From the NCBI GenBank assembly GCA_000388065.2, contig KB932205.1: DNA of 64,000 bases. One strand, 5' to 3'. Under the pieces are notes generated by a model. That model saw only the letters and a list, made by a program, of their open reading frames with translations. It did no database searches and was not told where the DNA came from. The position numbers and the translations under genes are program-made. This DNA is from Fonticula alba ATCC 38817 (taxonomy: Eukaryota > Protista > Nucleariida). This document shows positions 26,901-40,262 of this stretch, in pieces (position 1 is the stretch's first letter; every line of letters starts with the position of its first letter).

Positions 26901-29900
26901 CGAGGCTCTCAAATATTCTAGACCGGCCCCGCAGCGCACATTCCACCGTGCGCGGGTGAAATTCCGCCGAATATCTGCGCACGGACGGTCCCCGGTCGCC
27001 CCGGGTGAGTGCGTCCCACCCGCCCCGCCCCGCCCCGCCCCGCCCCCCCAGTGCGTCCCCGTCCCCTGCACCCCGTTTCCACCGCCGCGCTCGGGCCGGC
27101 CCTGTCGCCCCGACCCTGGCACCGCCCGCGCGAAGGCCCCGCAGGAGTTAATATCATCGGCGAGCTGGCCCCCACACGCCCCGGGCGCGCTGCCAGGGGG
27201 GCGCTGCCCCGAGTTTCGTCCGCCGATCGCCGGCGCGCCCGGGCAGGCTCCGCGCCGCCGCCGGTGCGCCCTCCGGCAGACTCGGCGGCTCCCGGTTGGC
27301 CGGCCGCCGCGGTGCCTCCCCCGTCAGATGCGCCACAGGGGAGCGGCCAGGGGGCGGGGACCGGCAGACAGGCGAAGGTGTAACGGCCACCGCGCGAACG
27401 CCCCTACGCCCGCGGCAGGGCACGCACCCGTGCCAGCACCGGTGCCCCCGTGTGGGGCCGGGGGGGCGCAAGGGCCGGGCACGCATTGGCAGGATTTCCC
27501 GGAACAAACACGCCCGGCCGGGGGGGGGGGGGGGTGTCACCGAAGAAGGCGGCGGGCGCGTGCGGCGAGCGCGCGCGCGCGCAGCGGGCCTTTGTTTGCG
27601 CCCTGACACACCTGCCCCCAGGCCCGGGAGCCCGAGCCCGCCAGCGTGAGGGGCCCCGCCCGTCAGGGCGCGCGCGCCCCCCGCCCCTCTTGACCAGGCT
27701 CCCCGGGCCGGGATTCCGAGGGAGGGGGAGCATCCCCACATGCGAGGGGGAAGGGCATATGCACACGGGCAGGACCCTGCCCAGTGCGGTCGTCCAGCTG
27801 GCCGCGCCGCGCGAGGGGGCGCGGCCTTTTGCATCAAGCCGCCCGACGCCCCGGCGCCCGGGGGAAAGGCGCCGGGGCAAGGCAGCAGCCGGCCGGCCCG
27901 GGGGGGGGGGGGGGCTGCCCGCCTGCCTCGCGAGCGGGTAGACGCGCCTGGCAGCAGGACGCGGCACCGGCGCAGGCTGGCCAGCCAGGAAGGAGGCCGG
28001 CCAAAACAAAGCCCCCCCCCCCGCCCCCGCCCCTCCCCGGCACTATCTCGCACGGAGGCGCGCGCTCTGGGGCTCTTTCGGCCGGGCCGACTCTGACTGA
28101 AGCGCGTGAAGTCGCGCGCCAGACCGATCGGACTGACGAACATGTCCGGCACGCGCGCTCGCCGCAACATGCACTCGCGCGCGGCCGGGGGTGCCTGGCC
28201 GGCCTGGCTGGCAAAATAACAACCACGACGCTACAAGGGTGGGCCCGGGGGGNNNNNNNNNNNNNNNNNNNNNNNNNNNNNNNNNNNNNNNNNNNNNNNN
28301 NNNNNNNNNNNNNNNNNNNNNNNNNNNNNNNNNNNNNNNNNNNNNNNNNNNNNNNNNNNNNNNNNNNNNNNNNNNNNNNNNNNNNNNNNNNNGGGGGGGG
28401 TGCCCCTCGGGCCGGCCTCTCGCAGGGCCCACGGACCGCCCGAAAAGGGCCATACTCCGCGCCCCTTCCCCGGCGAACAGGCGCCCGCCTCCACCGTGCC
28501 CAGACCCCGCCTCCTGGCGCCTCGCGCGCGCCCGCACGGTTCCCCCCCCCCCCGCTCCGGGACAGGCGAGCAGAGCGCGCCATCCCGAGCCAGACAAGTC
28601 AACTGACACATGCACGCACATGCACCCCCGCACCCTGGGGGCGACCCGCCGCGGCGGTGTGCCCCCCGCCAACTGGGCCGCGAGCCGGGCCGGGGGGGGA
28701 GGGGGGGACGGGACCAGACCACATACGCCACATCACCCGCCGCCAGACACGGCCGCACGACCTGGCCCCTGGAACTGGGCACCGGGGAGGAGGAAACAGC
28801 TGGCTACACCCGGGGCCGGGACCGGCGGGCGGGGCAACGACGACCGTATCAGGGCGGGTCGGGCTTCTCCCCGCCCCCGACCCCTTCTCCCCCGGCGGAC
28901 GCTCCACCCGCGCCCCAGGCAACTCGGAGGCCAGCCCCTCGCCGGGCACCCGAGCGCCCGCGGACCGCGCACGGGGTCCTCCGGGGACCTCTTCCAGGCG
29001 GGGGGGGGGGGGGACGCCCAAAAACAGGCGTCGTCGCGGCTCCCCCTTCCGGAGACTTGCGCGGCTGACCGCCGCGCACACGAAGAAGAAGCTCTCCCGG
29101 CCCTGCGAACGTAAACACACCGACCAAGGGGCGACTTCCGCCCCCCCCCCCCGCCCCCTATCCACCGGGGGAAGTGTTCGCACGTGCGCGCGCGCTGCGG
29201 GGGCATCGCAGCCACGAACACACCCCAGCCCGCCGACACTCTGGTGGAAAAAATACAACCTGCGCCCCCGCGTCAGGCCTCCGGTCTCGCCCCCCCCCCC
29301 CCCCCAGCACGGCCCGCCTCCTCCCTCCCAAGAGCCATCATGTCCCGGTCCGCCAGAAGGAGAGGGCTGCTTGACAACGCTGCCGCGGGACGTTCGACCG
29401 GCTCGGCAGCAACGGCTGCCCCCCCCCCCCCCGGAGGTCGTGTATGTTTCCCCATGTGGGCGCGGGTCGCCGGAGGCCCGGCGGGGACGCGCGCGCGGGG
29501 CCATTGGCGGGCGCACCCGACCAGCCCGCGGCTGCTACCAGGTCGGACGGCTCCAGGGGAACTGCACGCCGGATATGCGTGCGCGAGCGCGCACACCCAC
29601 ACGCACACGAGAATAAACCGGCTCGCTCCCACAGTCACATGCACAGCCCCACACCCGCGTAGCCGTGTACAACACAGGGCACAACCGAGGCCCCCCCCCC
29701 CCCCCAGGGTGACGTCCCCTCTCAAGGGCCTGCCCCCCTCCCTTGCGGAGTGACAGCAAGTGGAGCACATCTCGCCTGGGGATGCGCCCGCCCATTTCCC
29801 CCCCCCCCGACCCCGCCTCCTGTGGGAGAACACAAACGAAGGAGGGAGAGAGAGGGAGGTAGGGAATGGCACGGAGAGCCCGTCCTCCTCCCCCCCCCCC

Positions 29901-31049
29901 TTGACCACAGGGAAGGGAACCCAGCGACGCAGCATGAGCCTCCTCCCGCACAAACCTCCCCGAGGTCGGCGGGATCCAAAAGCACGCACCCCGACGTGGA
30001 GCCTCCTTCTGGAGGGCTGTTGCCTGGCTTTTACGCCGACAACCCCCCGCCCCGGGCCCATTGTCATGCCTCTGCCCCAGCCAGCGGAAAAGGAAGAGTG
30101 GGAACAGCAGCCCAGCGCGACACATCCTCCCAGAGCCCACCCCGCCCCCCCCCCGGTCGACAGCTTCACCCCCTCCCCCCGGCGCCAGGGGCTGAGCGGG
30201 CCCCGGAGTGTAATGCGGCCACAAAAACCAATCATACACATCCCCCCCCCCCCCCCCGGCCCTTCTATTCTCTGGGGCCGGGGAGAAGACGGGGGCGGGC
30301 AGTTGCCGCTCCGGACCGCCGCCCGGGCACAGGAGCCCGTCTGTCCGAGGGTTAATCGGTCGGGCCTATTGGGGCATTTGTAAATCCGTGAAATGGTGTT
30401 TTCTAATAGACCCGCGCCCTCTCCCGGGAGCTGCGGAGGCGGCAGACGCGCAGAGCGCCGCCCTCCCCGAGACTCACACACACAGAGAGAGAGAGAGAGA
30501 GAGGCGAAGGGCACACAACCGCCGCGGCCTCCCCGCACCCGCCCCGCTGTGCGCGAGCAAGACGACCCCCGCGCCTTCTCTCGCTCTCCCTGCCCCCTCT
30601 CGTGCCAGTGGGTATATAGGCGTCACCCACCACGCGCATCATTGAGGAAGTTGTTTTTATTGATGCAGAACGCGCGAACGCAGGGGGGAAGCATAGGACA
30701 CGCATGTGAGGGGGGGGGGATGCGGCGCATAGAGGTGCACAAAAGGGAGACACACTCACGGCCACATACACGCGCGCGCGGGGGAGGGAGGACGGCACAA
30801 GTGTGCGCACTCGCCCCCCCCCCCCGGGGCATCCCCCACACACATGCGGGCGCACAGGCGCGCTCACACGGCTGGCCCCTTCTCCACCCTCTCCTCCGCT
30901 GGCCGCGCGCGCCCCCCGCTCTCCGGTCAACAAACTGCCACGCGCGGCAGGGGGGGCCGCCGCGCGCGCGTCGTCAGCCAAGAAGGGGAAACACCCGGGG
31001 GCGGGGAGAGAAGAGAGGGAGGAGAGCGTGCTTCGAAAAAAACAGGCGC

Positions 31050-31796
31050 TTAGACCTTGGTCTGGCGGAGACCGTCCTTGAAGTAGACCATGACGGGGGT
31101 CTCGCCCTTCCAGTAGCAAAGGACGACCATACCCTCGGCCTCCATGCTCTCACCGGTGAAGAACTGGTACTCGTTGAACTGGCCAAGGACCTTCTTGACG
31201 TACGACTGGGCGCCCTTCTGGAAGGCAGTGACGCGCTCCGGGTCGTTCTTCTTCAGGTGCTCGACGATGTTCTTCATGTACTCCTTGATGTAGATCATGT
31301 AGCTCTTCTTGTCGAACGAGGTCTCGACGAGGTGGAAGGCGTGGACGATCTCGTTGACGACCTGGGCGTCAGCAGGGACGGCACCGTCATCGGCATCCTC
31401 ACCCTCGGCGGAGGGGTTGGCACCAATGTCGAAGTCGTCGCTCTCAGAGATGGTGATCATGCGAGCGGGGACCTCCATGGCAACATCGTCGATGAGCTCG
31501 AACTCATAGACGTCGGAGACGAGCTCGTCGCCGCCTGCGGGGTCGCGTTGGGGTCGAGAGAGAGGGAGGGGGCGCGCGAGCGAGCGAGCGCAAGAAAGGG
31601 GCAGCGAAGGGGGGGGGGCGAGGTCAGCAGTGAGTAAGGGCAAGGATGCGCCACATGTGACGGGCCCCGCGCGCTCCCGCCGCCGGCGAGGGGAGGAGGG
31701 GGAGAAAGGAACACCGCCGGCAGGCGGGGCGGGAGCATACGCGGAGAGGGAGAGAGGCATTGACGCACAGCCAAGAACATCAGTGTAGATAATCAT
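31050..31796 (-). CDS. TPT1: Translationally controlled tumour protein (TCTP); 2 coding exons, 170 aa
   Basis: MIIYTDV...DELVSD start, DIGANPSAE loop, FDKKSYMIYIKEYMK, FFTGESM, YFKDGL; intron 31768-31535 (GTGCGT...CAG) in phase. Confidence 0.95.
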   Translation of the reverse strand: MIIYTDVLGCASMPLSLSAYAPAPPAGGVPFSPSSPRRRRERAGPVTCGASLPLLTADLAPPPSLPLSCARSLARPLPLSRPQRDPAGGDELVSDVYEFELIDDVAMEVPARMITISESDDFDIGANPSAEGEDADDGAVPADAQVVNEIVHAFHLVETSFDKKSYMIYIKEYMKNIVEHLKKNDPERVTAFQKGAQSYVKKVLGQFNEYQFFTGESMEAEGMVVLCYWKGETPVMVYFKDGLRQTKV

Positions 31797-31805
31797 TTTA
31801 AGGTT

Positions 31806-32095
31806 CTATGCGGAGGAGGGACCGGGGGGGAGGGGGAGGGGCGGCGGCGGCAAGGCGTGGGGCGACGTTAGGAGGAGATGCGTGTGCGTGTGTGTGGGTG
31901 GGTGCGCGCATGCGGGCGCCTGTGGACCGAGGTCGAGAGGGAAGGGGGGGGAGAGAGAGAAGGGGCAGCAGATGCATGGTGCATCCGACAGGGCCATGCA
32001 CACGGATGGGCGCGACGAAAGCAACGCGAGGGGATCGGGGAAGTGCAGGGAGGGGCGGGGGGGGGGGGGGGGGGGGCGCGCGCGGAGGGACATAC
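31806..32095 (-). other. Probable 5'-UTR intron of TCTP
   Basis: GTATGT donor at 32095 and pyrimidine-rich ...CGCATAG acceptor ending 9 nt before the ATG. Confidence 0.6.
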
Positions 32096-35000
32096 GACAC
32101 AATCCGACAAAACTACAGGAAACAGAGTCAAGGAGGAGTGGGACCGACCAATGCGGAGATACGCCTACCGGGCGCCTGCTCTTGTACAGAGAGAGACAGA
32201 GAGAAAGAGAAAGCGCGCACGGAGGACGCGTGGTGTGTCGCCGGTTAGGAGTTCATCGTTGTCGAGGGGGGACGTGTTTGCGGGAGGCCCCCCTGGCCTC
32301 CGGGGGGGAAGAGGAGGCCCAACAGGCACAAATCACTTTTGTGGGCCTCCCCCCCCCCCCCCTGTGCCTGGGACTGGCGCTGGGCGGTTGCAAGATCCCC
32401 CCCCCCGGCCCCGATGTGCAGATATACACACGCACACGCACACACACACACACACACACGGCACACAGCGTGCCAGCCCGGTCGGGCGGGGACCAATGCG
32501 TGGGGCACCCCGCCGCCGCCGCGCGCAAATGCACGGGGGGTCAGGGTGCCACTGGAAAGGAACGCCCCGGGTCCCGACGCAGGTCGGGATCCGGGTCAGT
32601 GCGGCCGAGCACGACACATACCCTCCGCAGTGGCAGAGCGCCGCCACCGCGGCAGCCCATCGTGCACCGGCCCCCCAGAAGTGGCCAGGCTGCGGCCACG
32701 GAGAAGGTACACGACGCCCTCGTCGCCCATCGCGCGCACCAGAACGCACACACACGCACACGCACAACGCCCTAGGAGACAACCCCGCACACCAACAAGA
32801 AGGGCGGAGACATCAATGCGCGCCGCCCCGCGTCTCACGTTGCCAACCCCAGGGACACACACGCACAGGGAGGGCCCCCACTCTCTCTCTCTCTCTCCGC
32901 ACACCCCCGACAACCCCGATCCACATGCACTCAAACGCAAACTCGCGGGCTCCTGCCCCGACCCCCCCTCCCGCCATCAGGGACGTGTCCGACAGCACCG
33001 GCATTCTCCGATCGTCGCGCGCCTCGGGCCGCCGCGGGAGGGGCCGGCCGACAAGGCCGCCAGCGAACACGGCAGAGGCGCGCGCCCGCACATGCGCCCA
33101 CACGCACATACACATTCACCACATCCCCACGAAGTCCATTGCCCCCCACCCGCCAGCAAACAGCAGAGACTGATCCCACGCTGCGAGGACGCACCCCTCC
33201 CACGAGAAGCAGCGCCTCAGCACCAGAAATAGGGCCTTTTTTAACGCCATGTTATTTGCCCCGCGCCCCGTGTGTGCCCCCGCGACGTTTTTCCGGTCAG
33301 CGAGGAGAGGGGGGTAGAACCACGCTCTGACCGGCTCTTGCTTGCAAGGGGGAGCCGGGGCAAGCGCCCGGGGGCGGGGCCACCCGGCCCCGGCGTCTGT
33401 TGCCCGGTCCCCCCCGGTCGACACGGGGAGATCGCGCGCGCCGGTCGGTTGGCCCCTTTTGACAGGCGTCCCCCGCCAGTGTGCGGCGTACCACACTCTC
33501 GCGAGCCAGCGTGGGCCCGGCTTCCTCGCTCGGCCCGCGGCTCGTCCCCTCCTTCCCTTTCCCACAGGGGCCTTTTCTTCGGAGGCCAACGGGCGACCGG
33601 GGCCGGGCCTCGTGAGGTGTCCACCATTACATCACGCCCGCAGGGAGATCACGCACCCGATCACCACCCCGAATGCAATTCCCCCGGAGTGCAGGGGGCC
33701 TGGTGCCAGGTTCGGTGAAGGTACAGCAATCTGATAAAATTGCCCCCTCCCCGCCACCCCCAAACGCGCGGATCTGAGGCGCCGCGATCTGGACCGGCCC
33801 CGGTGCTGCTTCCCCGGATCTGCCCGACGGTCTCCGCCGGACCTTCTCGAACGGTGGGCGCCCCTGCATTGTGCATGCGGCCGCTGCCCGGGCCCACGTT
33901 TACCCCCCACCAACCAGCATGGTTGTTCGGAACCCCCGGGTCCGGGGCGTTCTGAACCACGCGCGTCCTGCCCCCCTCCCCACGCCACGGACCCCTCAAC
34001 TCCGCACGGCCAGCAGCCCGCCCCAGAGCACGTCCACCAGGCGGGCGGGCGGGCGGGCGGGCTGCTCCGGCGCCAGCGGCCGCGCCAGCGGCAGACACGT
34101 ACCTCGTGGGACCTTCCCTCCCTGCGTGGGTCCGCCCCGACACATGGCCTGGCGCGGGCCAAGCGCCCCCCCGCCCCCCCCTGCCCCGAGAGACACGAAA
34201 GCATGCTCGGCGTGGGGACCCCGCGATCGCCGCTCCCTCCCACACACCCTCGCTCCTAGTTTGCTCGGGGATGTGGGGAGCTGGCCGCGCAGGGCAATAT
34301 GACTAGCATGTAAAGGCGGTCCACGGAGGCAGGTGGGAGGGCACGCCCCCCCATGTGTGTGCCCCAAAGGGGGGGGTTCTGCGCCCGCGAAGTCAGCCGC
34401 GCATGGCGCGGCCCACGCCCGCGCGTCAGAATCATGGGCAGCCCCGGCCGCCCCCCCGCCCCCGGAGGCCATCTGATGTCCCACATCCGTCCTCCCCCCC
34501 CCCTCGCAGGGGCGGGAGCGACCACGAAGTTGAGAGCGTAGAGGCCCGCGTTGCCCCCCCCCCCCCCCCCCCTCCCCCCCCCCCCCCCGCCCCCGGGGGG
34601 ACCGGGGGTCAATCGCGGTTCTTCCTCCCTCACTCCCTCTCGCTGTGGCTCATCCTGTNNNNNNNNNNNNNNNNNNNNNNNNNNNNNNNNNNNNNNNNNN
34701 NNNNNNNNNNNNNNNNNNNNNNNNNNNNNNNNNNNNNNNNNNNNNNNNNNNNNNNNNNNNNNNNNNNNNNNNNNNNNNNNNNNNNNNNNCCCCCCCCCCC
34801 CGGTGCCGGCAGGCCGACACGCACACGTTGCTGTTATTTTGCAGCCTCACATGGGTCTGGGTTATGTGTCACCGGCCACACTCAATTGGCGAAGAGCGTT
34901 CGGTCATCTCTCTCTCCTCCCTCCCCCCCTTCCCGCCCTCGCTCGCCCCCCTCCTCTCTTTTTTCACTTTTTGGTACCTACCCCTCGTTGTCCCTCTGCC

Positions 35001-35212
35001 CCCCCCCCCTCAACCGTCTCCACTCTCCAGCAGTGTGCCCTCCCCCTCTCCCCCCCCCCTGCCCCTCTCCCACCAGCCCGGATGTCCCTGCCAGCCGGGT
35101 GCTTCTTGTCGGCCGGCGGTCCTGCCATCCCGCGTCTTGCTGCATTCTCCCTCCCCCTACTGCCACACGCCCAGCAGCTAACCCAGCACATGTGTCAATC
35201 CCACAGCCCAAT

Positions 35213-36258
35213 ATGGATCGCCCTGATCATGGACGTGAGCCCTGGTACGATGTTCCTTCCCTGTCGCTCCCCCTCCTGTCTCCCCGCGCTTCCCTTGTCC
35301 CCACTTCCCTCTCTGACCCCCGCCCCTCCCTCCACCCCTTCTTCCCGGTCCCCCGTCTCCCCCCCCCCAGCCCTTGGCGTATTGGTGAGGATGCTGGTGG
35401 TGCTTTCGCCATGGGCTTCGTCGGCTCCTCGATGATCAACTCCTTCAAGGGTTTCCGCAATGCCCCCAAGGTGCGCCTCTGCCCTCTGTTCTTGCCAGCT
35501 TGCCACCCCCCCCTCCCTTGCGTGATATGCTGACTCCCTCTTGACCTTTACTCTGCTCGGGGATGGCGCACCGGGCATGTCTAGTCCGCCAACCGCATTG
35601 CTCATGCCCTCCGCACTGCCCAGCGCGTGGCCCCCGTCACCGGAGGTTTGTGATGATCATCTCCTGCCTCCATATCGCCTCGCATGCCTCCCCTCCTGAC
35701 CCCTCCCCTTCTGCGCCACTCCTCCCCCCTCCTCCCCTTCCCCCCGCCACAACACAACCATACAGGGAGCTTCGCCGTCTGGGGTGCTACTTTCTCCACC
35801 CTTGAGTGCACCTTCTCCTATCTGCGTGGGAAGTCCGACTCTTACAACATGATTGCTGCTGGTACTCTGACCGGTGGTATCCTGGCCCTCCGCTCCGGTA
35901 TCCGCAGTGCCGCCATCAGTGCTGTCATTGGTGGTTCCCTGATGGCCGTCTTCGAGATGATTTCCGTCGGTGCGTCTTCTCCCCCTCCCCCTCCCTCCCG
36001 ATCAGCCTCACGCACGCACGCACGCACGCACACACACACGCACGCACACACACACATGAACAGGCAGCTTCTGCTTCTCTGACACATGCTCCTCACTCTG
36101 CCCCTTCCCTCCGTCTGTCGCACACAGCCCTCAACCGCACCACCGCCGATATGACCCGTCCGACTGCCTTCGAGTTTGGTGTCTCATCCAACCTCAGCCC
36201 CACTGTCCTGGACCCCCACGGTCCGCCTCAGGAGTTCTCTGAGGATAAGCTCTACTAA
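35213..36258 (+). CDS. TIM17: Mitochondrial import translocase subunit Tim17; 5 exons, 175 aa
   Basis: Exons 35213-35244, 35371-35470, 35585-35645, 35766-35969, 36128-36258. DHGREPCPWRIGEDAGGAFAMG, KGFRNAP, GGSFAVWGATFST, DSYNMIAAGTLTGGILALRSG. Confidence 0.92.
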
Positions 36259-37136
36259 AGTGGGCGGCTCGCGCGCGCGCGCGCGTGTCCCCCCCCCACT
36301 CTCCCCTCCTATTTACTCCACAGACACACGGACGCCCGCGAGCGCCCGCGTCCGCGCACCGGCGCCAGCACCGACACACCCGCACACATGTGCACGCTCG
36401 TGTACCCCCGTCACTGCGCTGCGGTTGCTGTCACGATGGCAGCAGTAGCAATGTGCGCCCGCCTCCTTCCCCCCCCCCCACACATTTCTCCCGCCCCTTT
36501 TTCCTCCTAGACAGTCCCCACCTCCTTGCCCCCGCCGTTCTCTTCATCTCCCCCCTCTCCCATTAGGGCATCTCTCTCTGTGTATGTGTACGTGTGTACG
36601 TGTGTATGCACAACCCCTTCCCCCCTGGCCAGGGAGCTGGAAGGCCACAGCAGAGCGGCGAGGGAGGAAGGGGGGAGAGGCGGGACAGCCGGCAGGAGAG
36701 AGAGAGAACCGAGGAGAGAGGGGCGGCGAGGAGGACAGGGGGAGTTCTTGTGCTCCTGTGTACGCCCCGGGCGGCGGCCTTCCCCTGACGCGCTTACCTT
36801 GCTTCCTCCTCGCATCAGCATGGCATCCGCCCGATCATCCTCCCTCCCTTTCCGCCCTTTCCTTCCCTTTCCTTCTTTCTCCTCCTCCTCTGTCCATTTC
36901 CCTTGAAAGACACCAAACACTATAAAACTGCAAACTTCCCTTCTCCTGCCTTTTGTTCTTTCCTTTGTGTTCTCCCCGTATGCCCCTATGTGTGTGTGGA
37001 TGCGTGAGTGGGGACACACGATGTGCCTGCTCCCTCTTCCTGCCCTCCTGCCCTCCTGTCTTCCTGTTCGTCTTGTTACTTTCTTCGTTCTCCCTGTTTT
37101 CCTTTACTCTGTTTGATCTCTTCCTCCCACCCCCGC

Positions 37137-37236
<100 letters not shown>

Positions 37237-38157
37237 TATGCACACGTACACACATTCGGTGCCTCAGGACGGGGAAAGGGGGCGGATTTTGCGCCGATGC
37301 TGTGCGACGGCCAATCCCACCCAGTCTTGGTAACCGAATCCAGTTAAGACCACTATCACGCGGGGGACAGCTGTTCAGGGGGCTGGAATTCCACCCCGCA
37401 GGAAGCCGCCGCCTCGGCCTGCTTTTCGTGTCCCTCAGGCGGTGCGGCGCGAGGGCCGGCCCTCCTTGTCGTGTATGCGCCATAAGTGTGTAAATGCGGG
37501 CATTCTGCAGAGCCGTAGCTCCGGGGCAGTAGACACCAGCGTTGGGGGCTGCTTCTTTTGTCCCCTCGCCCAAGAGCGGGCCCCTCCTCGGGGCCTGTTC
37601 ATTTGTCTCCAAGCCCGCACCCTGCAGCGGGGAGGGTCTGCCAGCCAGCCGGGCTGTTTGCCCCGATGCACTCCCCCCCCCCCCCCCGGCGAGACTCGCA
37701 ACAAGTAACTGTAGCCAGCCCTGGCCTCTGGTCGGGGGTGGGGGGGTGCCCTGCGCCGTTGGCCGACAGATCCCCCCGTCGCCGCGGTCCGGTCCGTAGG
37801 GAGGTGTGCTTGCTTGTCCGCCAGCGCACCAGGCCGGAGCGTCGACGCTGGGCCCCCCGCCTCGCCCCGGCCTCTCTCGTGCGAGTCCCTCGCCCTCCTG
37901 GCGAGAGGGAGGGAGAGAGAGAATGGGGGGGGGGGCCGATGGGGCCCTGATCTGGGCACCTCTTTTTTTCGCTCCATCATCCACGGCCAGCCCCCGCCGA
38001 TGCCGGCAGCTCCCCTCCCCCGCCTGTCCCTCCTGCTCCTGCGCTTCGTCGCTCGCTCGCTCGCTTGCCCCCCCCCCCTCCTCGCCCGCCTGCCCGCCCG
38101 CCCGCGCACCGGCACTCCACCACTCCTGCCCCTCGGTTTCCCTCTCGCCCCCTGCCT

Positions 38158-38189
<32 letters not shown>

Positions 38190-38222
38190 CCCCCCCTCCC
38201 GAGAGCAGGCGTCATCGGCAGC

Positions 38223-39616
38223 ATGAACTCCGCCGACAATCAGTTCATTGTCATCGACAATGTACCCCCTCCCCCGCCTCCGTCCTCTCCCACCTGTCTG
38301 CCTGCGTCGCCATCCCCCATCCCCCATTGGTCGTCTGGCTGCCTGTCCCGCTTCTGACCCAGCTCATTGCCTCCCCCTCCACCTCCCGCTCTGCCTGGCC
38401 ACGCGTCCTCAGGGGTCCTTCACCATCAAGGCCGGCTTTGCCGGCGAGGACCGCCCCCAGGCTCTCCTCCGGACCTGGTGTGTTCCTTGGCCATCTTCCC
38501 TCTCGTTTTGGCCCTTTCCCCTTTCCCGGGCTCCCCGCGGCTTTTCTAACCCTCCCCCCTTGTGTTCCTCCCGCGCCCGCCCGCCTGCCCGCCTGCCCGC
38601 CCGCCTGCCCGCCTGCCCGCCCGCCCGCCCACCTCCCGATAGCATTGGCCACACCAAGTACCAGAAGGTCATGAGCGGCGGCGACTTCGAGCCCGGGCGC
38701 ATGATCGGCAACAGCCTGCAGGAATATCGCGGCCTCTTCCGCACCACCTCCCCAATCAAGAATGGCCTGATCGAGAATTGGGAGGACATGGAGGCCCTGT
38801 GGAATCACCTGTATAGCCAGCACCTGAAGGTGTCCTCCGAGGACCACCCGGTGCTGATCACCGACGCGGCCTTGAGCCCCCACAAGCAGCGCCTGCAGAT
38901 CGCCCAGGTCCTCTTCGAGTCCTACAACGTCCCGGCTCTGTCGATTGCGGTGCCGGGTGTCCTGAGTCTGTGCGTGCCAGGCTCTCGGCCCTCGGCCCTC
39001 GCCCCCTCCTGCAGATGTGTCATATACTTACTGCTGGCCTGCTGATTTCCCCTGCTCGGCTGTGGCGCTGCCGGGCCGGGCACGCAGCTACTCCTCCGGC
39101 ATGACTTCCGGCATCGCCCTGGACTCCGGCAATGGCGTGACCGCTGCCATTCCCGTGTACAACGGTTTTATCCCAACTGGCACCGTGCGCCGGATGGACA
39201 TCGGTGGAGAGTACGCCTCCCTCCTCCCGCTGCGCTCCGGGCCCATGTGGCCTCGTTCCCCCGACTGGGCATCTCCCTGGCCCGTGTCCCTGCCCTTTCC
39301 CGTCATTCACACTCGTCCACACGACCCGCTCATCCCAGCGACATCACCAAATACCTGCAGCTGCTCCTGCGCAAGTCCGGCTACTTCTTTAACACTTCGG
39401 CCGAGCTGGACATCGTGCGCGAGATGAAGGAGCGCCTGGGGAAGATCTCCGAGGTGACCACCTTCAACCCCCTCCACATGGCGACCACCACTGGCAGTGG
39501 GGCCGGCGCCGACTCGACCACCGATTCGGCCGCCACCGAGCCCATCAAGTACCTGTTGCCCGATAACCAGGTGATCGAGGTCCGTGCTGCGCTGTGCCGC
39601 ATCTCCCATCTGACCA

Positions 39617-39652
<36 letters not shown>

Positions 39653-40262
39653 NNNNNNNNNNNNNNNNNNNNNNNNNNNNNNNNNNNNNNNNNNNNNNNN
39701 NNNNNNNNNNNNNNNNNNNNNNNNNNNNNNNNNNNNNNNNNNNNNNNNNNNNCCCCCCCCCCCCCCCCCCCCCCCCCCGCCGCCGGGTCTGACGCCGCCG
39801 CCCTGTATTTTCTCCCTGTCCCCGCGTTCTCCCTCCGCCTCACCCCCATGGTCTACGCCGTTTTCCCTGCCGCAGATCGCCGACGAGCCCACTCGCGCCA
39901 TCGAGGCCATCTTCGCCCCGCATGTCATGGGCAAGGAGTCCCCGGGGATTCACACCCTGCTGGCGGAGTCCATCCAGCTGTGCGACATCGACATCCGGAA
40001 GTCCCTCTACTCGAACATCATCCTGTCCGGCGGCAATACCCTCTTCTCGGGCTTCTGCTCGCGCTTGCTCAGCGAGATCCAGCACTCGCGGCCCACCAAC
40101 AAGGTGCGCATCTACGCGGCAGCCGATCGCGAGAGCTCGGCCTGGGTGGGCGGGTCCATCCTGGCCGCGTTGTCGTCCTTCCGCAAGATGACCATCACGT
40201 ATGCCCAGTACGATGAGGATCGCGACATCCTCCGCCGGAAGCTCATGTCCCTGGACTACTGA
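38223..40262 (+). CDS. ARP1: Divergent actin-related protein, most similar to ARP1/centractin; 6 exons, 393 aa
   Basis: Exons 38223-38261, 38413-38477, 38643-38969, 39088-39210, 39339-39579, 39876-40262. VIDNGSFTIKAGFAGED, SEDHPVLIT, YLQLLLRKSGYFFNTSAELDIVREMKER (ARP1-like), LYSNIILSGG, AWVGGSILA. Confidence 0.8.

Noticed and set aside
35650-35700. GTGATGA...CTGA in TIM17 intron 3
   Set aside because: Starts 4 nt from the donor, the CTGA is the likely branch site (CTGAC), and the interior is low-complexity with no guide.
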